Assembly (NCBI RefSeq): GCF_009834535.1
Contig: NC_045716.1
Span: forward strand, 22,816,001 to 22,880,000
Origin: Camelus ferus
Taxonomy: Eukaryota
Length of the DNA stretch: 64,000 nt
Reading direction: 5' to 3'
The notes beneath the pieces were generated by a model, which saw only the letters and a program-made list of their open reading frames with translations, was not told the origin of the DNA and did no database searches. Positions 22,786-34,539 of the stretch are shown piece after piece (positions within the stretch are counted from its first letter, which is position 1; each line of letters opens with the position of its first letter). A program made the translations under genes and the position numbers.

Positions 22786-25700
22786 TCACATCTCATCTGC
22801 GTGCAGCACAGTTCTGATGTGTCTGTTGGGCCCTGCCCTCCCTTCCTTCTCAAGCAGTGTCTGTGTTGAGCCATTTGCACCCTTGGCCCCAGGTGGCCCC
22901 TCCAATCTAGACTCTACCACTGGGTTCTCCAGATTTTCTGTCATGTCCTTGTGAGTCAGGATGTTTCTGGAAATCACTGTGGGGTGAAGGAAAAGGGCAG
23001 TAGTATAGTGGTCCCTTGGTTGGGGGATCCTAGACAGAACAGGATCTCCCTCCCACCTCTTGACTACCCTGGAAAACAGAATCCCTTCCTGCCTTTGCCT
23101 CTCACCTCCATGAGGCTGGTAATCCTCAGGCCCAGCTTCTGGTAGGCCCTGAAAGGGGCTGAAACTGGGCAGGATGATGAGAGCCAAGGAGAAAAGAAGG
23201 ATCTGGGAAGAAGCAAGAGGACACTTGGGCTGTGGGAACAATAAAGGAAGGGAACAGGGGGCAGTTGGGGTCTTTAGTGATGGGAAGATAGGTATGGCTA
23301 GGAAGTGGGGGTGTCAGGATGGAAATGTGGCAGAAGATGGAGGAGGTGAGGGAGAGATGGGAAATAAACTAATGGTACCAGAACACAAGTGCTAGTCTGG
23401 GCAGCTTTGTTGGAAGTTTGAACAATAAGCATCTGCAGCTGGCGGAGCTGAGTCACCAGGGAGCTGGGAAACGGAATGAAGAGTTAGATCTCCTGGAACC
23501 AGGGCCCAAGAATGGTGACCCTGTATGCTGCACCCTTCCCCCAACACGCATACTGTGTTTTCACTCACATGTTGTGTCTCTCCAGCTCGTGGACTTTCTT
23601 CTGTAGTTCCTGGTTCTGTGCAGAACAGGCAGCCACCCTAGGGAGTGTGGAAAGGTAGGATAAGGTTCTGTAATCACGTGAGCCCCTGACCTTACCTCCC
23701 TTGGTAAAGGAAGGGGGCCCAGATGTGTAAGCCAGCAATGTGAGGCAAGCGTACCTGCTCTCCAGTCCATCGATGTACTCTTTCTTCCGTCGCCGACTGT
23801 CCTGAGCTGACTGCTTGTTACGAATTTTCCTCCTGACCTTCTTGAGGACCCTCTCCTCTGCCTGGGGACCCAGGGTGTATCAGTCCTGAGCCCTTAACCT
23901 CCCCCGATTCCCCACCTCTCCCCTGGTATCCTGACTCCTCAGAGGTCATGGAGGGGCTGCTGGGTTGGGATACTCTTTGGGGAAGCACGTTACCTTAGTG
24001 AGGGGCAGGTGAGAGGGTAGGGAAACCCCTTCCTGTCCCAGCAGACGCTTCTCCTCATCTGTCAGGAACAAGGTTGGACAGGGCAGCTGGTAGGGGACAA
24101 GAGAAGATGAGAATGGAGAGAGGGTCATGCCATTGTCAGTACCCAGGCTGTTCCCCTTGCATGCCTCCTGGAGAGTGTTTCTTACACTGAGGAATAACAA
24201 ACCATGAAATGAGATGAGGGGCAGGGACCTTAATTCAGACAGACTCTGGATTGAGCCAAAGGGAGTTCTTGAGGCTGACAAGGGAGAGGGGAGGTGGTTT
24301 TGTCATATTCTTTGCCCACCAACTTAGGACCTTGGCACTCTGAGCAAGCTAGGGAGGGACTGTTCTGGTCCACGTCTCCCCAGACCTTAGGGGTATTTGA
24401 AGAGGATGTGGAGTAACTCACTAAGGTAGGGTTTGCTTAATCTTAACAGCAGGCAAATGATTCACTTTCAGCCATTAAATTTGGCAGAGTGTTATCCAGT
24501 TACCTGTCAACCACAGGGAAATCCCTGGGGCAAGGGCCCATTCTCCCCTAGAGTCTGAGCCCCCCTTTTCAGACTGAAGTTCTGTCCCATCTCAAAGAAT
24601 TCCCCAAAGGCAACCAGACTGAACAACTTCTCATAACAAAAGTATGTGGGGAGAGTAGATGGTATCTGGTAAGCTGAGCCTATCAACTGAATAACTTGCT
24701 TTTCTAACTCGTATTCCTTTTTGAAAGACTTATGGTTCACTTTGTGACTTAAGAGGAATTTGCTTTTGTTTTTGCCTCCTGATGGTCTTTTGGCTTTTAG
24801 CTATACCACTTCTATCTTTGCTGTTTTCTGATGTTCCCTTCTTGCTCTTGTGACTATTTGGCAAAATATTACCAGACTCCCCAGTGTTTTTGATACATAG
24901 TCAAGTTTAGATGCCTCAGACTTTTTAAGGTTCCTCAGCCTAGATTCTAAGATGCTTGGCTTGGCGTCCAGTTGTAGCTTCCACAGATTTGCAGGGAGGC
25001 TAGAACCCATTCCCTGCCATTTGCACACAAGGCGTTCTTTCCAGGATAAAGGGAGGCACAATGACCTGAGCAAGGCCCCCTCCTCATCCCCACTGCAGGA
25101 ACCAGCCCAGCCAGTCTTGGGAAGCTGTGTGATGTGTGACCCCCCTACACTGTAACCCTGGGCAGTGGGTGCCTGCTGAACATTGTTCCAGTAATAAACC
25201 TAGTTGCAGTTGCTTCTACACCCTGTGTCCAGTAACCAGTTGGAATCCAGGTGGCCTGTCCCATTTCCACAGTCCTGACCCAAAGCTGAGACAATTGCCC
25301 TGGCTGAGCAGACAGTGCACACAGATTGGGGCTTTCTCCTGAGCCTTGTCCCTGGATTCCCTCACCTCACCCTCTCCTTAACTGAGGCATTACCACCTTA
25401 CCCCTGAGGGCTTCTGTCCCTCTTGTCCTTTCTTGTTCTTAAAGTTGCCCATATCTCCATGGCATTCAGGCCTGATGCCACAAAAACTGGAGCAAAGACA
25501 GTGTTCAGCATTAGTTCCCCCCCCCATCCCCTTCTCCCCAGTTCTGTACATCAGGGAGTACTGAATCCAGCTGACCCCCGAGACTCACCAGGGCTGCAGG
25601 AGGCACTGGGTTTACAGTGCCCGCTCTGGGCAGGATGTGCGCATGAGCGTCAGCAGGTAGCTCACTGACCACGCAGGCATCAGGCACCATAAATGGTGGG

Positions 25701-26534
25701 CTCCATTGATCTGAAGGAGACATAGGTGAATTGGGAGAAAGGAGATGCAGGGTATACCCTGATGGCTGCAGGGCCTGAGTAGTGGCACAGGGTGGGGAAA
25801 CCCCCTTAACCCTAGGTTTAGGGCTGGACCCGAAAGGCCATTGTCCCCTTCCCATAAACACTGACCTAGTTGGATGGAAATGAACCCTACAGCTGTCCCA
25901 GCTTCCTCCTGCATCCTCTCCAGGGCTCCTGTCTCATAGACAACCTCATAGAGGGCAGGGGAACTGGGTGGCTTCGGGGCAGGGGGACTGTCTGGATGGC
26001 CAGGATCCTCAGAGATTCCACTGTCACTGCCAGGAGATGCTTCTGAGCAGTACACTTCATTGGGATCAATGAAAAGCTTCAGGAAATCTTCAGACTCACT
26101 CTCTTGAAGACCCTACAGAAGAAGAGGGTGTATATGTGTACAGGGAAGAATTCTGGAAGTCCTATCCGATGTCAAAACTAGATCCTTCATGCTTCAGTTT
26201 CAGTTCCTTCTGTCCTTGGACATGAGAATGGTGGAGAGTTACAGCTCATGTCTATTTTAGGGGCTCTGTCTTCAGACCTCTCTGAGTGGAGGCTAAAGCG
26301 TCTTGGACTTCTTATTACAGAGTTGTGTCTCAACCCACACCCACCTCCATTCATCACACTCACACAGCCATGGCCCCCACTGGACTCCCAGCCTTGCAGC
26401 CCCTGTTCTTGCAGCCTAGTTACTGGGCCCTCTGGAGGTAGAGAGAGTCCCAGCTCCAGGAAGGATCCTGTTGAGAAGACATCTTCTGGGGGCTCCAGCC
26501 ACACATCCAGCAGGTCAGGGGTTCTGAAATCCAT
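22786..26534 (-). CDS. CREB3L4: cAMP-responsive element-binding protein 3-like 4 (AIbZIP/Tisp40), ER-membrane bZIP factor, 393 aa
   Basis: Exons 26534-26364, 26112-25866, 25710-25589, 24086-23994, 23861-23755, 23637-23569, 23463-23379, 23202-23106, 22976-22786 sum to 1182 nt. Basic region [23 protein letters not shown], leucine zipper, TM ([15 protein letters not shown]), S1P-type motif RNIL, C-terminus HADEM*. Confidence 0.97.
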
Positions 26535-26735
26535 GCTTCTGCAGGGAGGGTGGGGGGTGGAAGTTGCAGAAATGGGGTGATAGCTCTCCCCCTCCCTCCC
26601 CCACAGTTTCTGGGTTCATCTCCCTCTTCCATTGTCCCCCTTCCTCACCTGTGCAGCCCCCTCACCTGTCACCCGGAGCTCTCTCCTCCAGCCTTATCTC
26701 TGGCTCAGACCAACAGGCTCCCCACTGGGTATTAC

Positions 26736-26900
26736 CTGTTCCGAAGAGCTCAGCCGTGCCAAGCCAGCGTAGCCCGTTGATGGCCCCAAACACTACACCT
26801 TTTCTTTTCTCCAGGATCTCGCATCCTGGACCTGCCTAGCCAAGCCCCGCCCCCAATCTTAACAGTTCGAATGTGGGTTGCACCTAGCCAGGAGCCACGA
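26736..26900 (-). promoter_or_regulatory. CREB3L4 proximal non-coding first exon / promoter
   Basis: Minus-strand donor AACAG|GTAATA at 26736; GC box GCCCCGCCCCC at ~26842-26852; matching acceptor CTGCAG|AAGCATG at 26538. The TSS position is approximate. Confidence 0.55.
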
Positions 26901-27149
26901 TAGGGGCGCAGTATCTGGGAGCAGTGTTAAGACGCTGAGCGTCCACAAACGGAACTTAAGGGAAACAGCAGCCTTGCCCTTTCTGCCTGAGTTTCTCCTA
27001 GTGATAGTAGATCTTCCTGAGGATTTAGTGGCTCCTCAGGGAAGGATAGAGATGACTGGAGCACTGGACGCTTGAGTGTTCTCTGGCCATCAATTTCATA
27101 GGCCAAGGCGGGGTTGAAAACAAAGGAGGGAAGAGTCCACAAGGATTGC

Positions 27150-27570
27150 TCAAGACTTACAGAGACATCCCCTCCCCCACCCTGTGGCGTCTTCCCACGG
27201 TTGAGTCTGATTGGAAGCTAAAGACATAGGGGTTTTGAGGGGCAGGCCATTGAGCCAATGGGATACCGTCTCCAGGCAGGCTCCGCCGTAACTGGTCGAA
27301 ATGGGCTGTCAGAGACGGCCTGAGGCCAATGCGGCCAGGGCTCTTATTTGTCCCCCGGGGATTGGGTTCAGCGGGACCAAAGGGAGGGTAAGAGACAGAA
27401 GACAAATTGTAGGGAAGCGGGGAAAAGTTCCGGGATTGTGGGTAGCTTGGTTTAGTTTCGCTTGCTACGTGACTCTGAAACCCTAGGCCGGGAATAAATA
27501 ACTTGTTGACCCAAGTTAAGTGACACAGCTTTGACTCAGCGGGCGGAAAGTCGTGCAGTCGTGTGTTATC
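27150..27570. promoter_or_regulatory. CpG-rich, CCAAT-rich candidate bidirectional promoter (CREB3L4 / SLC39A1)
   Basis: CCAAT/ATTGG at 27210, 27255, 27326, 27361; outward-facing splice donors at 27160 (-) and 27388 (+). Confidence 0.6.
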
Positions 27571-27769
27571 CAAATCTGTTATCCAAGCATTATAGTACTG
27601 ATAAAGAACAGCAGTTACACATACACACTCACAGGACTCTGTTAACTAACGGAGAGACAAGGTCTAGAAAACTGCAAAAGGTTAAAAAAATCATTTGGAT
27701 TTGGTTTGGGAATCTGTCTTATTTTTTGCGAATAATTACCAACAATATGCAATATATATCCTGCATGTG

Positions 27770-27950
27770 TATAGATTACAAAATGTTTTCATAAACATTG
27801 TTCCTCATTTAATCCACAACAGCTCTGAGGCAGACAGGGAAGGTGATGTTTTTCCGATTTTACCTATGAGGAGTCGGAGATACACAACTGGAATGTAGTG
27901 ATACGGAAACTCAGAACATTTTGCCTTGGTCTAGAGACTGATGACCCAGG
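27770..27950 (-). mobile_element. MIR SINE
   Basis: CCTCATTTAATCCACAACAGCTCTGAGG...CCGATTTTACCTATGAGGAGTCGGAG. Confidence 0.6.
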
Positions 27951-28514
27951 AATTCACTTGAAATAAAATAACGGAGCTATACTGATAGAGGTATGATTTT
28001 CATCTGCCTGCCTCCCCAACAGTACTTCAGATAAAGGATAGCTGAGTGAATAATAAAGCACAAAAATTTGGGATGTGGATTCACAATTCTTCCCTCGAAA
28101 ATTTGAATGGGCTAGGGGTAAAGACAAGCACAGGGTCTAATATTTATTGAATAATTGATATATGTCAGGCATTTTCCTGTTACTCTTATAATTCTCATAG
28201 CAACTCACAGCTGGCAGAAGAGTAAGTAATTTTCTCAAGATTACTCTAAGTAGCTGAACCAAGATTTGAATGTCTGAGCCCATATTCTTTGCACTATATG
28301 AAGGAAGCTATCTTGCTGGGACTTTCTCAAATTTTCCCACTGTCTTTTCTGCTCATCTCTCTGCATCCTGCTCAAGTATGAAGAGACATAGCTGGTTCAT
28401 GCAGAGCTCCAAGGAAAGCAGAGCTGTCCTTGTTGAGCTCATTCCTAGAGCAAGAAAGGTTTCAAAGAGTTTCCTTCAGGCTGCATGTGTAGAGACAATT
28501 AAGTGGAAAATATA

Positions 28515-28677
28515 CAGTTGCCCCTGGTTATCTGCAGGGGATAGGTTCCAGGAATCCACCCACCTCCCCGTGAATACCAAATTCCTCAAATGCTCAAATA
28601 CCTTAGGTCAAATGGCAGAGCATAGTCAGCCCTCTGTATTCACAGTTTCTGCATCTACAGATAGGGAGGACTGACTG
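28515..28677. mobile_element. Tigger/MER2-type MITE (TcMar) with TA target duplication
   Basis: TA|CAGTTGCCCCTGGTTATCTGCAGGGGATAGGTTCCAGG ... GGGAGGACTGACTG|TA; inverted termini CAGT...ACTG flanked by TA. Confidence 0.75.
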
Positions 28678-29899
28678 TATTCAGCTTCTATTAATGTTAG
28701 AAGTGGGCTAGTCTAACGTCCTTCTTCCACTTGATTTATCAAGCTCCTGAGAGAGAAAATGACTTGCTTTAGATCACACATCAAATTAAGGTAGCGCTGG
28801 GACTAGAACCCAGGTCTCCTGACTCCCAGTCCATGATTCCTTGTTAATGCTACTAGTCATCAATAATCTTTTTAAAAATAATTTTGAAAGCATAATTTGC
28901 CACAGACAGACCAGAGCATGCATAATATTCCCTTGAATAATCTGGAGTTGCCTCTAATAGTAATTTTTCTCTTTTAATTAAGAGCTTGGAACAACAATTA
29001 TTCTTTTATTAAATGATAGAACACAAATATCCCATTTCACTTATACCCTGATCTTAGAAAAAGAATGATTCTTTTCTCCTAGGCCCCCTCCATCAGGATG
29101 TCCTCCTGCCCCTCTTCTTAAGGAAGTTGCCTCCCCTTCCAGAGCCTTATCAAAGGCATCACCTTGTCCCTTCTTCAGGTGAGGCCTTTTCACCTTTGCA
29201 AAAAAGAACAGACTAAGCCCCCTTTATTTTCTTCCTTTGTGCCCTACCCTCCCATGAGACTAGAAGAGGATTCTGATAGCACAGGGATGTGGGCCAAGAG
29301 AATTCAGGCTAAGGAAACACTGAAGGTCCAGAGTCGAAAATACCTTGGTTCATTCAAGGAACAGAAAACAAAAAGGAGGCCAAGAGGGCTGGAGGGAGAG
29401 AAGTTGGAGAATTCCAGATGGCTTTGGAGCGAACTCTGGACAGATGCCTTGAGGTATGGTAAGGATGATAAATTGGAGTGTACTGAAACTATTCTCTGAG
29501 TGGTGTTCCAGCAACCCCTGAGAAGGGTCCCACCGCTTTACCAACTTGCAGGCAGAAGGCTGCACAAAAGTCAACTCGGGCGTTCAATGTACCAACTACA
29601 ACATTGGTAGTTCAATGTTTGATATTCAGGAAATACCCTCACTTTGCTACCCCCCTTTTCCAAGTCTGCCTTGTCTTTTTTTTTTCCCCTTGTGGGTGCT
29701 AGCGAGGAAGGTTAAGCAAGGAAGTCAGTCCTAAGGTGGGAATGCTTTCCCTTTGGCGCCAAGGTGCACAGAAGGGGTCTTAGAACTTTGGCCCAAGACC
29801 CGGCAGATACCCTTAAAAATGTGGTAGGCGGAAGACTTGGGAAAGGGGGTTGGATATAGAGCACCAGCCTTGCCCACGGGATTTCTAGCTTCCCCTTTT

Positions 29900-30500
29900 A
29901 TAATCTCCAAAAGATCGAACCTTTGTGACCCGCCAGTTCCGCCCTCCAGACATCCACCGCAGAGCCCCAGGCCCTTAGCCCCCACCCAGGTCCTCTCGGA
30001 ATTTCTTTTCCTTGCTCTCCCCAACTCTCGGCTAGTCTCCGCCTCCGTCCGGCTCCGGCTGCTGGTCTCTGATTGCTTCTAGATCACGTCACTCCCAGTC
30101 GGGCCCCGCCCTCCAAGCGCTGTCATTGGCCGCCGGGGGCGGGTACGCGGCGGCTGAGGCGGGAGGGGGAAACGATGGGGAGGGGGCGGGAATTCCCGAC
30201 TCCCCACCGGAACCGAGCGGATGCGGTGTAGTGAGACCCTCGAGAGGTGAGTGTGGGCTCCCGGAAATCAAGATCGGGGTAGGCTGCCCAGGCCTCCCGG
30301 GGCCTACGAACCAGTCCCGGCTCTCACATTCTTCTGCTTCCCGGGACGCTGGCGATCTCAGACCCCGCCTCCTGGAGCCCGGACTTCCAGACACCGCCCT
30401 CAGTTGTCGGGTCAGCCCGCCCCGGGACCCCAGACCCCTAGGGCCACTCTTCGTTGGTCATCTGCCTAGACGACCCAGACTGTGAAGTGGTCACTCTGCT
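29900..30500 (+). promoter_or_regulatory. SLC39A1 CpG-island promoter and non-coding exon 1
   Basis: GC boxes, ATTGG at ~30125, CRE-like TCACGTCA at ~30084; donor GAG|GTGAGT after 30246; acceptor TAG| before 30961. Confidence 0.7.
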
Positions 30501-30992
30501 TTCAGGGGGATGGCGCTGGGGAAATAGGAGCCGGAGAGTGATCCAGCACCCCAACTCGTCTGGCTCATGTAGTCCATGAAGCTACCCGCGACATCTCTCC
30601 CCAACCCCCTTCGCTTCATCCACTCCTTCCTGGAGAGGAGAGCCTGGCCTCTACTTTGCTTAGAGCACCCCAGCTCCCTAGTTCTGTTGGAGCTCTGGGT
30701 GAAAGGGTAAAACGAGATATCCACACAGTCCTCATGCCTCAGTTTCCCCCTTGCTGGGTCCCTGAATAAGTCACTTGACAGGGGGAAAGTCTGAGAGGAA
30801 AGGGGAGTATTTCCAGTACAGGAGTGGATGAGTCATACTGGGTTAAGGAAGATCGTGAAGCGGCTGGGGTGAGGGACCTGCATTCTGCTGACCAGCCTTC
30901 CCCTTCCCTTGGCCCCGTCTTTCCTAAGTGACCACTCCCCCACTCACTCTGTCCTCCTAGGTCTGAGAGTCATTGGAGCTACCATAGCCACC

Positions 30993-33288
30993 ATGGGGCC
31001 CTGGGGAGAGCCAGAGCTCCTGGTGTGGCGCCCCGAGGCAGTGGCCTCGGAGCCCCCGGTGCCCGTGGGACTGGAGGTGAAGTTGGGGGCCCTGGTGCTT
31101 TTGCTGGTGCTCACTCTCATCTGCAGTCTGGTGCCCATCTGTGTGCTGCGCCGGCCCGGAGCTAACGCTGAAGCCTCAGGTAAGCCTTGTCTTTTCCCTG
31201 CTGCCATGGATGCTTGGGATAGGGGAGGCTCTGGGACTAAGGAAGGCGACCTAAGAGGGGAGTGACCATTGCTTGGGTTGGAATAGTGGGGTCTAAAGGG
31301 GGTTCCTTTGTTCATTCCCTTTTATGGTCCACTCCTGCCCAGCCTCCCGCCAAAAAGCCCTGAGCCTAGTAAGCTGCTTTGCGGGTGGTGTCTTTCTGGC
31401 CACATGTCTCCTAGACCTGCTGCCTGACTACCTGGCTGCCATAGATGAGGCTCTGGCGGCCCTGCACGTGACGGTAAGTCCTGATCAACTGCATGTGACC
31501 CTGTGTATGTGGGTGTTCCATCACATACTTCTAGGAGAGGTGGTTTGTATGGATCACTTCATGTGTCACGCCATGAGTGTGTGGAAGCCTCTTGGCATGT
31601 GACCCTATGAGTTGTGGTTTTTAGTTACAGAGCCTAACTCTCTCTGTGGGTTCTCCTCCCCCCCAAACCCTGAGTCCTGTGTGCCCCTATGTACCCTTTG
31701 AGACAGTGTGAGGAACCTTATTACCAGGTGTGTGACCTACTCTGGCAGTTCCTTAGTTCCAGCCTCCAGGAAGTTAATAGCACTCCAAGAATCATCTTCA
31801 CCCTCTCACTGCTTTCCTGAAGGGCTGGGGATAAAAGTCTCTACAGGCCTGGAAAGGCTAGGAGGCAATTCCCAGGGCCCTCGTATTGCTGACCAAAGAG
31901 GCTATAGCCCAAGGAAGTAGGATGTGGGGAAGATGAAGTCCAAGGCATAGGAAAGTCCCACAGGAAAAACTGAGACAGTTGGGGGAACTGAGGAAGTAAC
32001 ACTGACTATAACCCTCTGTGTGCCTGTGACTGAGTGACCTGTGTCTCTGTGTGACTGTGTGTAACCCTGATTGTCCCATGACAGTATTTGGCTCCGTGTG
32101 TGAGCATTTGGAAAGATGGGCCAATGTGTGACCTTTTGTTTATATGCCTACATGTGGCACTTTGTGTCTGTCTACATTAGTGACTCTCAGCTGCGGGTAG
32201 TTTTGCCCACACCTTCCCTCAGGAAACATTTGGTAATGTCTGGAGACATTTTTGGTTGTCCGAACTCAGGGAGGGAGGGCTTGCTGCTGCATCTAATGGG
32301 GAGAGGCCAGGTATGCTGCTAAACATCCTGTAGTGCACAGGACAGCCCTCTGCAACAAAGAATTCTCCAATCCAAGATGTTAATAGTGCCAAAGCTGAGA
32401 AACCATAGTCCACATGTAACACTGTCAGTGACACCATAAAATCCATAAGGTTGTGTATCATTCTGTGTCTATGGCACCAAGTGTCTCTGTATTTCTGTGT
32501 AAACGAGAGTGGTTTTGTCTGTGTGGGACACCAAATCTGTGTAGCTGGGACTCCCCTAGACTCTGCATCTGACTCTTCTTCCCCACTCTTGACCTATCTC
32601 CTGAACTCCATGCTGCCCCCTCTGCCCACAGCTCCAGTTTCCCCTACAAGAGTTCATCCTGGCCATGGGCTTCTTCCTGGTCCTGGTGATGGAGCAGATC
32701 ACACTGGCTTACAAAGAGCAGTCGGGACCACCACCTCGAGAGGAGATGAGGGCTTTGCTGGGAACAACGAACGGTGGGCCACAGCACTGCCATGATGGAC
32801 CGGGGGTCCCACAGCCAGGTGGAACCCCTGCAGCGCCCTCAGCTTTGCGTGCCTGTGTACTGGTCTTCTCCCTGGCCCTGCATTCAGTATTCGAGGGCCT
32901 GGCGGTGGGGCTGCAGCGAGACCGGGCTCGGGCCATGGAGCTGTGCCTGGCTTTGCTGCTCCACAAGGGTATCTTGGCAGTTAGCTTGTCCCTGCGGCTG
33001 CTGCAGAGCCACCTGCGAGCACAGGTGGTGGCTGGCTGTGGGATCCTCTTCTCGTGCATGACACCTCTGGGCATTGGGCTGGGGGCAGCTCTGGCAGAGT
33101 CGGCTGGGCCACTGCACCAGCTGGCCCAGTCTGTGCTGGAGGGCATGGCGGCTGGCACCTTTCTGTATATCACCTTCCTGGAAATCCTGCCCCAGGAGCT
33201 GGCCACTTCCGAGCAGAGGATCCTCAAGGTCATTCTGCTCCTAACAGGCTTTGCCTTGCTCACTGGGCTACTCTTCATCCAAGTCTAG
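30993..33288 (+). CDS. SLC39A1: Zinc transporter ZIP1 (324 aa)
   Basis: Exons 30993-31179, 31343-31473, 32632-33288 sum to 975 nt. MGPWGEPELLVWRPEAVASEPP..., ZIP signature ALHSVFEGLAVG and LLLHKG, ending GLLFIQV*. Confidence 0.98.
32178..32408. mobile_element. MER20 (hAT-Charlie) in SLC39A1 intron
   Basis: ACATTTGGTAATGTCTGGAGACATTTTTGGTTGTC...ATGCTGCTAAACATCCTGTAGTGCACAGGACAGCCC...AATAGTGCCAAAGCTGAGAAACC follows the MER20 consensus closely. Confidence 0.85.
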
Positions 33289-34247
33289 GGGGCTCCAAGA
33301 TGGGCAGGGGAGGTTGGGTACCACATGCCCTTGACCTTCCTCCCCTCCCCCAATGTGTGGGGAATAGGAAGGAGTGAGGCAGGGAGATATTGAGGACCAA
33401 AGAGCTCTCTGGGAGGTAGGGATAGAGCCTTTGGGACTATTTGGCCAATGAGAGGGAAGTGGACAGACAAGAGCCTGGCTCTCAGGCCCAAGGGACAAAA
33501 GATGGTCAAGTCACTAGAGACATGATCAAGGGACATTAGTATTGGGGAAGACACTGAGTGCTGGTATCGGGTCAGACTACATGTAGGGACAAGCTGACAC
33601 TGAGGAGGCTGGAAGTGGGCACCCAGCTGCTGTGAGACAAAGGTATAGAGAGAACACAGGCCCAGAGGCAGCAGTCCTGTTTGTTCTAGCCCATTTCAGC
33701 CCTCTGTCACTTGGAGGGGACCTCTCCTGCTTTTCTTTGCTCCTACCCTCGTATCTATTTTCCTCTTCTCTTCTCCCAAGGGACTAGTGCCAAACAGCCT
33801 CTTCTGCCAGTTTTGGTACTTTCTCTGGCTTCTCCAGTCCTGCTCACTCCTCTGGTTTTAAAGTGCCAAATAAGTCCCCGCCCTCTTTCTCAAAGCACAG
33901 CGATGGCACTGAGCCCTGCCCAGCACCTCAGTGGTGGGTGACTACTTACTCTTTGTTTTCGTCCCAGATCCTGGGGTGGGGCAGAAATGTTTGCTGAGTT
34001 GGGGTCGGGGGAAGGTTGGTAGAGCTATGGTCCCCTACCGCTGCTGCACCCTAGGAATGCTGAACATGGTGCCCCATGCCCAGATGATAAACACTGAGCT
34101 GCCAAAACTTTTTTTATACCAGAGGATCCCAAGGGGGAAGGGAAAGGCTCACCCCCATAGTTATTTTTGGGGAGGGAGGGCTGTGTGTAGGGCCATATTA
34201 TCTAGAATCTATTTTACTAATTGACCTGTTTTGGGACATGTTACTCA

Positions 34248-34253
34248 AATAAA
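34248..34253 (+). terminator. SLC39A1 poly(A) signal
   Basis: AATAAA about 960 nt after the stop, followed by a GT-rich tract. Confidence 0.8.
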
Positions 34254-34539
34254 ATATGTTTGTATACATCTCTACAGTATCTTATTTGTCTTGGGAAAGG
34301 GGTGGGCACGTGGCGAGTCTGAGAGGGCCTGAGCCCCAGAAGTTTAGAGATGTTCCAGTATCCCTGGTCTCACTGTTTTCATTCAGGCCCCTTTGGTCCC
34401 CTTCCCTGAAGATGACCAAATTATTCCTCTTGTCTCCTCTTCCCTCCCTGTCTCCACCCCTTCCCTTTCCTCCCAGTTTCCTTTCCTCTCTAATCCCTCA
34501 CCCGTTAGCGTTTGTAGGCTCGGAACCAGTTTAGAACTA

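Noticed and set aside
27195-27214. Possible ER-stress element in the CREB3L4 promoter
   Set aside because: The sequence is CCAAT-N9-CCGTG (or CCACG-N10-ATTGG); it does not match ERSE (CCAAT-N9-CCACG) or ERSE-II (ATTGG-N-CCACG).
32709-33278. 189-aa antisense ORF within SLC39A1 exon 4
   Set aside because: Shadow ORF of a GC-rich coding exon; same explanation for 43318-43905 in CRTC2 and several in DENND4B.
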